From: Kiritimatiellia bacterium
Lineage (GTDB): Bacteria > Verrucomicrobiota > Kiritimatiellia > RFP12 > UBA1067
Assembly: GCA_016296065.1 (NCBI GenBank)
Contig: JAEDKA010000011.1
Span: forward strand, 12,792 to 76,791
Direction: 5' to 3'
DNA length: 64,000 nucleotides
Positions 29,466-37,350 of the stretch are shown one piece after another. The notes beneath the pieces were generated by a model that saw nothing but the letters and a program-made list of their open reading frames with translations, ran no database searches and was not told where the DNA came from. Each line of letters opens with the position of its first letter. Within the stretch, counting starts at the first letter, position 1. The translations under genes were made by a program, and so were the position numbers.

Positions 29466-30011
29466 CGCCCGCAGTAGTCCGAGTTCGAAGGCGCGCGTGA
29501 CTGCTCCGGCGGTGTTCTGAACGCCGAGCTTCTGCAGAATGGACTTCGCGTGCGTCTTGACTGTTTCAAGGCTGATGCCAAGGATGATGGACGCCTCCTC
29601 GCGGCTCTTGCCCTGCGCAAGCCACTTGAGGACATCCATCTCCCTCTGCGTCAGAAGCGAGTCCGGCGCTTGCGCAGGCGCCTCATCCTCAATGAACACA
29701 TTCCGCTCCTGCAGGACGCGCCTAATGGCCGTGGCCAGCCCCTGCCGCTTGGTGGACTTGGAAATGTATCCGCAAGCGCCCTCTTTCCGCGCGCGCGCGG
29801 CCTCCTCCCGCAGCGGCATTCCAGCGAGGAAGAGCACCTTGATGTCGGGATACCAGACCTTCATCTCCTTGAAGACGTCGAAGCCGCTTCCTCCCGGCAT
29901 GCGAATATCCATGAGAACAATGTCAGGATGAATCTTAGCCTTGAAGAACGAGATGGCATCGGTTCCGTCGGACGCAAGGGCGCAAGACTGCTGAGCGGTG
30001 ATACCCTTCAT
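29463..30011 (-). CDS. LuxR-type response regulator with an N-terminally truncated receiver (orphan)
   Basis: Acceptor context PDIVLMDIRMPGG and HTH LTQREMDVLKWLAQGKSREEASIILGISLETVKTHAKSILQKLGV are present. About 20-25 N-terminal residues (beta1 and the DD acidic pair, compare MISIAIVDDH in 484-1101) are missing. No kinase is adjacent. Confidence 0.7.
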   Translation of the reverse strand: MKGITAQQSCALASDGTDAISFFKAKIHPDIVLMDIRMPGGSGFDVFKEMKVWYPDIKVLFLAGMPLREEAARARKEGACGYISKSTKRQGLATAIRRVLQERNVFIEDEAPAQAPDSLLTQREMDVLKWLAQGKSREEASIILGISLETVKTHAKSILQKLGVQNTAGAVTRAFELGLLRA

Positions 30012-30062
30012 GCCTACAGTATATCACCGAACCCCACCACCTCCCATGCCCCCCGTGGGGGG
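30012..30062 (-). promoter_or_regulatory. Leaderless-type promoter with C6/G6 palindrome
   Basis: CCCCCCACGGGGGGCAT-N22-TATACT-GTAGGC-ATG. Hexamer 30018-30023, box 30046-30062. Confidence 0.45.
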
Positions 30063-30123
30063 AGCAGCACCCCATACACTACGGAAACTCGCTTATACAT
30101 TCGCCAGAGTTTTACCAATGCTA

Positions 30124-30221
30124 GGGGGTCCGTCGCTCCGCGACGGACAACAAATCCCGATTCAACAGCACCTCCATTGTCCCCGCATTGCTCCGTCGCG
30201 GAGCGACGGAGCCCCCTGTGG
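30124..30221. repeat. Inverted pair of REP-like hairpins (BIME-like)
   Basis: gggggtccgtcgcTCCgcgacggac (30124-30148) and gctccgtcgcGGAgcgacggagccccc (30190-30221), 41 nt apart. Confidence 0.75.
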
Positions 30222-30311
30222 CGACCTCAACCCATAGTGGGGGTCGCCCTTGTCGACCTGATTATCATCTCTAAGCGTCGCTGCGGCTCATGTGGCGTCT
30301 TACTCTTGCAT

Positions 30312-30629
30312 TTAAATCCTTTGGTTGCATACGACGTTGGAAACGTGTTGTACTACATCTTCAAAATCTGGATTGAGGGAATGCAGGGCGCTTGCAACGG
30401 TCGAAGATTTGACGTCAACTATCTCCACGTATGTCGAGAATTCGCGCATACAACTTCTGGCGACGTCCGCAGTGCAATGTTTGCGCAGAATGTACATCAG
30501 ATTGCATATCGTCAAACCCGAACAACACCCGTCAAACACCTTCTTTGCGCATAGGCTCAGCACGCGTTCGGAGTCGTTTACAAACGGCTGACGAGCCAGC
30601 AACACGTCGAGAAGCACATTTGCATCCAA
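30312..30629 (-). CDS. PIN-domain ribonuclease toxin (VapC-like)
   Basis: MDANVLLDVLLARQPF (N-terminal acidic residue) and NPDFEDVVQH near the C-terminus. About 46 % GC, well below the flanks. Confidence 0.75.
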   Translation of the reverse strand: MDANVLLDVLLARQPFVNDSERVLSLCAKKVFDGCCSGLTICNLMYILRKHCTADVARSCMREFSTYVEIVDVKSSTVASALHSLNPDFEDVVQHVSNVVCNQRI

Positions 30630-30636
30630 AACAGTC

Positions 30637-30777
30637 TCATGGCAAGGCCTCGTAGCGTGCCATCATTTCGTCATGGCGTTCGTCTCCAATCCTGTCGCCG
30701 AGAGACATCTTTATCAATCCGCACGCGATTTCGACATAGCCCTCGGCGACGTGCCAGTCGAGATAGTTAGTGCGCAT
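30637..30777 (-). CDS. Candidate cognate antitoxin (46 aa), currently in frame with the upstream gene fragment
   Basis: MRTNYLDWHVAEGYVEIACGLIKMSLGDRIGDERHDEMMARYEALP ends 7 nt before the PIN start. Its size and position are typical of a type II antitoxin. No family was recognised with certainty. Confidence 0.35.
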   Translation of the reverse strand: MRTNYLDWHVAEGYVEIACGLIKMSLGDRIGDERHDEMMARYEALP

Positions 30778-31092
30778 CCCGTCGCGCGAACGGTCGCGTA
30801 CGCCTATGACGGAATCATCCCCCGTCACATTCGCCTCGAACGCGCCCGACTTCTTCTTCCCAGCGATGTAGAATCCGACATAGTTCGCGCGGTCCTCGAA
30901 GCTCCTGTTGAACACCTCCTCGCCCCAGATGCCGTTGTCGCAGCTGTGGTATATGTGCTCAAGGAGAAAGCCGTAGATGCGTTCGTCGACCGCGTTCAGC
31001 GCAACGTCCGCCCTGACCGCGACCTCAACCGCACCTGCGGACAAAACCATGCCGACCGCCAGCAAATAGAACAGCGCAAAGGAGTGTTTCAT
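30778..31092 (-). pseudogene. 5' fragment of a GH51-like alpha-L-arabinofuranosidase gene
   Basis: MKHSFALFYLLAVGMVLSAGA...VDERIYGFLLEHIYHSCDNGIWGEEVFNRSFEDR parallels DDLWGLFLEDVNLSIDGGIYAEMVRNRSFEDG of the intact GH51 at 35383-37305. Only about 100 aa remain. Confidence 0.55.
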
Positions 31093-31309
31093 ACAGCTAT
31101 TCTACCACACCCCGCGCAACTCTCCATTCCGCCCCCGCCTTTTCTGCGGAGACGGAGCATAGAATATCAAAACCGAGACGGCTTAAGGTTAAGACATCGT
31201 TAAGATTTCAGGGCGCGGGCAAAGGCGGATTCCGAGGCCGACCGGGGTACCGGAATCGCGGAAAGCCCCGTAAAACGCGCGTTTCGCGGGGCCTGTCCCC
31301 GCCCGTTCT
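31090..31309. repeat. Repeat units A1 (31090-31127) + B1 (31125-31309)
   Basis: A is catacagctattctaccacaccccgcgcaactctccat (ATG plus TAGAAT promoter). B is a 185-bp structured block. Both recur at 33382-33606 in the order B-A. Confidence 0.9.
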
Positions 31310-31487
31310 TCAGGATTTCCGCCACGACCTCGGTGAATTTGTCTCTCGCATGGGCGCATTTCTTGGATATGCCGGCATGGATGTCGGCAAGGAACACAAG
31401 AAGATTGTCGTCGAATTCCGCCGCATCCACTGCGAACAAGCGCGGCGGCAAAGCGCTATGCGCTATAGCCGCGCCTACAAAACCCAA
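31310..31487 (-). pseudogene. 5' fragment of a metallophosphoesterase paralog, truncated by repeat B1
   Basis: FDDNLLVFLADIHAGISKKCAHARDKFTEVVAEIL parallels FDDNLVAFLADIHAGADKKCSVARRKFKETVDEIL of 33909-34922. Homology ends exactly where repeat B begins. Confidence 0.65.
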
Positions 31488-31658
31488 AAACTCTCGCCGA
31501 AAGGCGCAGCCCTGAAGATTTCACTTGAACGTGACAACCTGTCCGTCGCTTGCCGCCCGAATGCCCGGCGGAAGTTCGGCGTCGCGTCTATTGCCTCTTC
31601 AAATGTATTGCACCATCTTATCATGCAGGCCAGTCGCCAGAAGGCGCAATTGTGCCGC

Positions 31659-33095
31659 CTAGGATAATCCCAACAGAGTTCTAAACGGGACAATCGCATC
31701 GAAATATCCTTCGGCTTCGACGATCGGCGCCAGCTTCCCGTCGTAGACAAGGGCCGTTCTGACGGAGCAGCCAGGTTTCCTTGGAATCTTGGACACTCGC
31801 TCTTCCATTTCAGCGACAATGCCTCCGTCGATTTCGCGCCTGCGCTTTGCCTCGACGACATAGACCGCCCGCGGCGTTTGGATCAACAAATCCACCTGCA
31901 CACCATCGCCCTTGGTTCCCGTTTTCTTGTAGGGCGCACATGACAGAATGTGCGCACCTCCGATTCCCAGAGGACCCGTCAACTGCGCCGCATTGTTGAC
32001 TACCAGATTCTCGAACGCAAGCCCCATGACAGTCGCCCAGCCACCAAGCTCGTCCAAAGAACCGAAGGAAAACGCACCGCTGTCTATCGTATTCTTGACT
32101 GGTTCGATGAATTTCAGGTAGAACCGCGTGTAGTTGTCGCGCAGACGATAGTGCTTTTCCCTCATTTGCCTGCCAGTCGACGGATTTCTGCCCTCGTCGG
32201 CAGAAACCATTCCCGATTCTTCGAGTTGCGTCATGACCGATGAAAGATGTCCGTTCTTTCCCATGCCGAGCATTGCTGCAACCTCGGTAACAGTCCGCGA
32301 ACCGTCAACCAGCGCTCGGAGGACAAGAGACGTCAAAGATGGCAGCCGGGTAATTACATCCATGAACATTTCGTCGAAATCTTCGCGCAACAGGCTCTTC
32401 GGGCGGAACGCAAGACGCCTGATATTCTCGTTGGCCGTAGCACCTGGATCGATTTCCTCAAGGTAGCGCGGGATCCCCCCTGTCACGGACAACACGTCGA
32501 CAATCTCCTGACTGTCGATTCTTGCCGCAGCACGACCCCAGAACTTTACGCATTCAGACAGAGGCAATTCCGGGACAACGATATCCATCGACCGCCGCCC
32601 GTAAAATGATCCGTCTTGTATGATGTTCTCCAGAATCCACGAAGATACGCTTCCACAGACGACAAAAACAAGTTTTGAATGTTTTTTGAAATGTCCGTCC
32701 CACGCAATTTTGAGGGTGCTGGAAAATCGCAAATCGTAGTGGGCCATCCAGGAAACCTCGTCAAGCAGCACGACCGTGCGCTCCGAATCGCCAATCTTTC
32801 CGTCAAGTCGCAAGAATGCGTTCAGCCAGTTTGACGGAGGAGAGTCTTCCGCGCCAGTCGCAGCAGAAAGCTGCTCTGCAAAAGCTGCAAGCTCGTCGGC
32901 GTTTGTCATCTTGTCCCTAGGGCGCACACCTTCGATTCGAATGAATTTCGCGCCGCTTCTTTCAGCGAATTTCTCAATCAATGTCGATTTACCGACGCGG
33001 CGGCGACCTCGACAAGTCACAAGCGAAGCAGCGCGCTTTTTCCATAAAGCGTTCAAATCAGATAAAATGTCCTCTCTCCCATAGAACATCTGCAT
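31659..33095 (-). CDS. AAA+-type ATPase (Arch_ATPase/DUF234 class) with a PD-(D/E)xK nuclease-like C-terminus
   Basis: FYGREDILSDLNALWKKRAASLVTCRGRRRVGKSTLIEKF (Walker A), VVLLDEVSW (Walker B), C-terminal GVQVDLLIQTPRAVYVVEAKRR (D...ExK). Start at Met28 or Met30 of the track ORF (33095 or 33089). GC is lower than the flanks. Confidence 0.8.
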   Translation of the reverse strand: MQMFYGREDILSDLNALWKKRAASLVTCRGRRRVGKSTLIEKFAERSGAKFIRIEGVRPRDKMTNADELAAFAEQLSAATGAEDSPPSNWLNAFLRLDGKIGDSERTVVLLDEVSWMAHYDLRFSSTLKIAWDGHFKKHSKLVFVVCGSVSSWILENIIQDGSFYGRRSMDIVVPELPLSECVKFWGRAAARIDSQEIVDVLSVTGGIPRYLEEIDPGATANENIRRLAFRPKSLLREDFDEMFMDVITRLPSLTSLVLRALVDGSRTVTEVAAMLGMGKNGHLSSVMTQLEESGMVSADEGRNPSTGRQMREKHYRLRDNYTRFYLKFIEPVKNTIDSGAFSFGSLDELGGWATVMGLAFENLVVNNAAQLTGPLGIGGAHILSCAPYKKTGTKGDGVQVDLLIQTPRAVYVVEAKRRREIDGGIVAEMEERVSKIPRKPGCSVRTALVYDGKLAPIVEAEGYFDAIVPFRTLLGLS

Positions 33096-33170
33096 GGCAT
33101 TCTTCCATCCTATTTTAGTTTGTTTGCTAACAATTATATCAAAAACTGCCTCATAAAGGCAACAGGAAAT

Positions 33171-33260
33171 TGGCACCTATTTAGCAAACCATCTATTAGG
33201 TGCCATTATTTTCAGCGAATAATATTGGCACCTATTTGGCAATACGGCATTTTGGTGCCA
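33171..33260. promoter_or_regulatory. Four TGGCACC boxes arranged as two inverted-repeat pairs in an AT-rich tract
   Basis: TGGCACCTA (33171-33179) with TAGGTGCCA (33197-33205), and TGGCACC (33226-33232) with GGTGCCA (33254-33260). The plus-strand copies read TGGCACCTATTTAGCA and TGGCACCTATTTGGCA, which is sigma54 -24/-12-like spacing. Confidence 0.4.
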
Positions 33261-33381
33261 TACAAGAATTTCCGCATTGAATTCTCATCCGCCTATAGCG
33301 CGACATTCTCGCAGGCAAGTACGAGCGCGAGGCGAGGTTCGCGTCATTATGGTTCTGCGGTCGCGCTTCAGTGACCTGCGG

Positions 33382-33606
33382 CATTCCGCCGCGCCGCCTT
33401 TTCTGCGGAGACGGAGCATAGAATATCAAAACCGGGACGGCTTAAGGTTAAGACATCGTTAAGATTTCAGGGCGCGGGCAAAGGCGGATTCCGAGGCCGA
33501 CCGGGGTACCGGAATCGCGGAAAGCCCCGTAAAACGCGCGTTTCGCGGGGCCTGTCCCCGCCCGTTCTCATGCAGCTATTCTACCACACCCCGCGCAACT
33601 CTCCAT
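33382..33606. repeat. Repeat units B2 (33382-33568) + A2 (33569-33606)
   Basis: About 98 % identical to B1 and A1, but in permuted order. Confidence 0.9.
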
Positions 33607-33673
33607 CCCTCATGAGGGGGATTTTCCGACATTTGTCCATTTGGGGCCTGGCCACGCGACCCCCTTTCCGCCA

Positions 33674-33892
33674 TCAGCCATCTTCGCCAGCCGTCGCCGA
33701 GACCTGCTGTCCTGCAAACGACACCGTCACCGTCTCGCCGTTGTCCGCATTGCCCCAGACGGGGATGCGCTGCCCCTGCTGGAGGACCATGCCGTTTCCG
33801 AACACATGCGGCAGACGCACCGCCGCACTAGACGGGAAAGCCACCGAACACGCGATAATTCCTACAACTGCTATCTTTATTTTCATAATCAT
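33674..33892 (-). pseudogene. 5' fragment of a sialate-O-acetylesterase (SASA/DUF303)-type gene
   Basis: Signal peptide followed by VRLPHVFGNGMVLQQGQRIPVWGNADNGETVTVSFAGQQ, the typical N-terminal beta-sandwich of SASA esterases. Stops after 72 aa with no catalytic GQSN block. Confidence 0.5.
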
Positions 33893-33908
33893 CGTTTCCT
33901 ATTGCTGT

Positions 33909-34922
33909 TTAGCGGTGAAAACGCATGGTACACGAAGAGGAAGCCTTCGCTTCGGCGAGGAGGTCATCCCATTCGGGAGGTCGCTTCTCTTGCGGAACCG
34001 GACGGTACAGCCAGAAATCCCTTATAAGCGGCTCCACTATCGCTTTATCGGGATAAACCCGGCAAATTGAATATCCGATTGTACCCCACAGGCCGACTGA
34101 CGGAAGCCAAAGAACATGCTTGGCGTGCTGCGGCGTTGGCTCTTTCCTGCAGCGCTCGAAAGACACAAGCCAGCGATGGTTGTGTCCGTGAACGTATCCG
34201 GCGACGCAAGGATTATCCGTGAAGAATTCCACCATCGGCACTCCGTTGACGGATAGATCGCCGAGGCCATGGTGAGCGCAAATGACAAGAGGCCGTGTCC
34301 TGCCTTTGACAAAATCTGCAAGGAATCCCTGTTGCGCCTCGTCAAGAGCGCCGTTGCCCGGCCCCATGTCGTCCAGGGGCCTTTCATCCGCCCCCTGGAG
34401 CGAGTCCAGCATCAGGAAATCCAAATGCGGCGTTTCGACAAGATGCACGTAGCGACCCGGCACAAGCGACTTCGCCGCGGCCTCGGGCCAGCGCTTCGCG
34501 TATTCGCTCCTGCGGTCGTGGTTGCCCATCCCTATCGTGACGGCAATCCCGGCGTCCTCCAGTTTCCTGAAAAGCGGACGCGAAAAGTCGTAGTCCTCGC
34601 CCAGTCCGCACCTGTACGCGATATCGCCGAAGACAAGCACGTTGCGCGGCAACGGACGCATGGCGAGTATTTCGTCCACGGTCTCCTTGAACTTCCTGCG
34701 AGCAACGGAGCACTTCTTGTCCGCCCCCGCATGGATGTCTGCAAGGAAAGCGACAAGATTGTCGTCGAAGCGGGCAGAAGACGAGTCGCCGGGCAGATCG
34801 GCGCAAATGTCCGCCTTCAACACAGGCATGAACACTGACGCCGCGGCCGCCGCTCCCAGGCCTAGGAAGCCGCGCCGTCCGATTGCAACACCATTGCCGG
34901 ATCCGGTATTCATCCCCCTCAT
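33909..34922 (-). CDS. Tat-exported calcineurin-like metallophosphoesterase
   Basis: Twin-arginine signal GRRGFLGLGAAAAASVFMP. Motifs LADIHAG, VFGDIAY, GMGNHD, ICAHHGL, GHNHRW. Confidence 0.85.
   Translation of the reverse strand: MRGMNTGSGNGVAIGRRGFLGLGAAAAASVFMPVLKADICADLPGDSSSARFDDNLVAFLADIHAGADKKCSVARRKFKETVDEILAMRPLPRNVLVFGDIAYRCGLGEDYDFSRPLFRKLEDAGIAVTIGMGNHDRRSEYAKRWPEAAAKSLVPGRYVHLVETPHLDFLMLDSLQGADERPLDDMGPGNGALDEAQQGFLADFVKGRTRPLVICAHHGLGDLSVNGVPMVEFFTDNPCVAGYVHGHNHRWLVSFERCRKEPTPQHAKHVLWLPSVGLWGTIGYSICRVYPDKAIVEPLIRDFWLYRPVPQEKRPPEWDDLLAEAKASSSCTMRFHR
34408..34895. repeat. Near-identical 488-bp segment shared with 44665-45152 (offset 10257)
   Basis: The two metallophosphoesterase genes are almost identical at the DNA level over their 5' half, then diverge sharply after ...DFLMLDSLQG. 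Confidence 0.9.
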
Positions 34923-34937
34923 TCTCCTTTCGATCTT

Positions 34938-35132
34938 TCAAGCACAAACATCATTCAAGCCCATGGATCTAGCTACGTCGGGAATGTAGGTCATGCAGGA
35001 CAGGGAAAAACTGTTCCCTATCATCAAGACTTTCAGCGGTTCTTCAGTGCTCCCGGAGCCGCTGCAGACCAATGACAATGCGGACAGCAGGGCCATGCCG
35101 CAGATCTTGGTTTTAAATGCTTTTACTGTCAT
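34938..35132 (-). pseudogene. 5' fragment of an SGNH/DUF4886-like lipoprotein gene
   Basis: MALLSALSLVCSGSGS (lipobox-like) followed by LKVLMIGNSFS (SGNH block I-like). Stops after 64 aa, directly upstream of the metallophosphoesterase start. Confidence 0.4.
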
Positions 35133-35382
35133 GGTATTTCGTTGTTTCCAAATAACGTCATGGTCTGCCGCATCTCATATCAAGGCCTCATCTGAATATT
35201 ATGCAAAGTCCTGACATGTCCGCCCTTGTCGCAAGTTTTACGAGCCTTGTATATTCGGACTCCTCAAGCGACGTCCACCCAGCCGCATACGCTGTCGCAT
35301 TGCTTAAAGGGCGGGGACGTGCGTTTACTTTTGGACGGGACGGTACGATTCTAAACAGGTGAGCGTTTCGCGGGATAAGGCG

Positions 35383-37305
35383 TCATCGGCTCACCGTGGG
35401 GACGCGGTAGACGACCAACGACAACGGCGGCAGGACGTCCTGCCCGTCCAACACCATGCTGGATGTCGTTTCCTTAACCAGCTCGGGCTCACCAGGGAGG
35501 TTGTGCGCCTCCCGGTTGGGTCCCGTGAAAACGGTCTTGACCGCATTGCCCGAAACGCCTTTGATCATGACTGGCTGCTTTTCTTCCGAGCAATTCACCA
35601 GCTTGACAATGACGTCGCCATTGGCTGCGCGGACAGCGCTTCCCTGCACCTTCTCGATATTGTTCTTGTCAAATCCCCCGCCTTTTTTCTTTGGAGATTT
35701 TGTCCTGAACGTCGACGTTGCGACTTCAAGCTTTAGAACTTGAACACCGCGATTCGCGCTGAACAGCCGCTGCACATTCCAACTAGGATTGACAAAACAT
35801 CCATCGGTCGTCGGATAAATGAGATTGGGCGTCCAGACAGTATGTTGCGCGTTTGCAAAAAGCGGTGCGTACGCGGCAAGCTTAACTTGGTTTTGGTTGC
35901 GCTCAAAGCCCAGCATCACAGCCGCTTCCCCTATGGCCGCGCGAAGATTGCCATAGCGTCCGGCACCTGTTGTCACAGCATATTCCCCCACAAAGATTCC
36001 AAAATCGCCCTTTTTCTCGTCATAGTCATGTGCATGACGCGACATGAATATGTCCGCTGAATTGTAAAAGTGGTCGTCGCGCAAATCCCTTGGTCCGTCA
36101 GAGATGTCTTCGGTCGAAGCCCATCTGTTGAATACAAGCTTTATCTCCGGATACTTTGTCCGGACGGCTTTCGCAATCAACGGATATCGCGCTTCATAAT
36201 CCGGCCCGCCGTTTTCATTGCCAATTTCAAGGTATTCCAGGTTAAAGGGCTCAGGGTGCCCGGCGGCCGCACGAACCGCACCCCATTTAGAATCGGTCGG
36301 ACCGTTCGCGTATTCGATGCAGTCAAGCGCATCCTGCACAAATTCATCCATCTTCTCAAGAGGGACGTTGTCACTATGCGACATGCCGCAATTGATGCAG
36401 TAAAGAGGTTTCGCCCCAATGACCTCGCACAGCAAAAGATATTCGTGGAATCCGACGCCGTTCGTCGCCCAGTATTTCCAGCGATTCCATTGCGTGCGGC
36501 GGTTCCACTTGTCGCCAATCGTCTTCTTCCACCGATAGGCAAGGCGCATCTCGTCGCCCTCGACCCAGCAACCGCCCGGGAAACGCATGAACGATGGATG
36601 CAGCGCCGAGAGGCGCTCGATCAAATCGCGGCGGAACAGTCCGCAAACGGCATTCGCAGGGAAAAGAGACACATGATCCATCTGAACTTCATGGATCGTG
36701 TTGTCCCGGGTGTCGGAGGGATAGAATCTGAATGCAAGACAACAGCGCGGATCCGTATCCTGCGCGACAAATGACACATTGAACGTTTTCCATTCGGACG
36801 TGATACCGTCAATTCTGGCTTTAGCGACAACAGGCTTGCCGTAAGCCTCTAATGACACGTCGGCAAAGGCGAAATCACCCCGTAACGCAACCGACAAGTT
36901 ATAGGACTCGCCTTCCTTGACGCCCATGCCGAAGTAGCCCTCGTTCACAAGACCAGAGCCGGCGCGACCGCGCACCGTAACGCAGTGAAGGTCATTCAAA
37001 TGCGCACCCTGTTTTTCCGAAAGGAGATATTCGGCGTTGCCTATCGTATTCCAATACTCGAGCGTCAATTGCCGTATTGCGCCATTGCCATCCTCGAAGG
37101 ATCGATTGCGCACCATTTCGGCATAGATGCCTCCATCAATGGACAAGTTGACGTCTTCAAGAAACAATCCCCACAGATCGTCAGACGCCTCACAGACCAC
37201 ATCGTCAGTATGGACGGTAACAACATTCTCTTCTGCTGCTACCGCGCAAACCCGCACCGATGCGACCAATGCACCGGCCACCAATGCAAACATCTTGCTG
37301 TCCAT
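35383..37305 (-). CDS. GH51 alpha-L-arabinofuranosidase
   Basis: MVRNRSFEDG, FMRFPGGCWVEGD, YLEIGNENGG, FVGEYAV. Start at ATG 37305 with SD AAGGAAAA. An alternative start is 37293. Confidence 0.88.
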   Translation of the reverse strand: MDSKMFALVAGALVASVRVCAVAAEENVVTVHTDDVVCEASDDLWGLFLEDVNLSIDGGIYAEMVRNRSFEDGNGAIRQLTLEYWNTIGNAEYLLSEKQGAHLNDLHCVTVRGRAGSGLVNEGYFGMGVKEGESYNLSVALRGDFAFADVSLEAYGKPVVAKARIDGITSEWKTFNVSFVAQDTDPRCCLAFRFYPSDTRDNTIHEVQMDHVSLFPANAVCGLFRRDLIERLSALHPSFMRFPGGCWVEGDEMRLAYRWKKTIGDKWNRRTQWNRWKYWATNGVGFHEYLLLCEVIGAKPLYCINCGMSHSDNVPLEKMDEFVQDALDCIEYANGPTDSKWGAVRAAAGHPEPFNLEYLEIGNENGGPDYEARYPLIAKAVRTKYPEIKLVFNRWASTEDISDGPRDLRDDHFYNSADIFMSRHAHDYDEKKGDFGIFVGEYAVTTGAGRYGNLRAAIGEAAVMLGFERNQNQVKLAAYAPLFANAQHTVWTPNLIYPTTDGCFVNPSWNVQRLFSANRGVQVLKLEVATSTFRTKSPKKKGGGFDKNNIEKVQGSAVRAANGDVIVKLVNCSEEKQPVMIKGVSGNAVKTVFTGPNREAHNLPGEPELVKETTSSMVLDGQDVLPPLSLVVYRVPTVSR

Positions 37306-37350
37306 GCAATTTTCCTTTTTTGAAGTTCTGATTTTCCGCACCACTGTGCA

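Noticed and set aside
31125-31309. Repeat B as a known structured RNA (tmRNA, SRP, RNase P, 6S, group II intron end, retron msr/msd) or a tRNA-derived att site.
   Set aside because: I could not recognise any of the conserved cores of these RNAs. No reverse transcriptase or integrase gene is nearby. It is kept only as an unexplained structured repeat.
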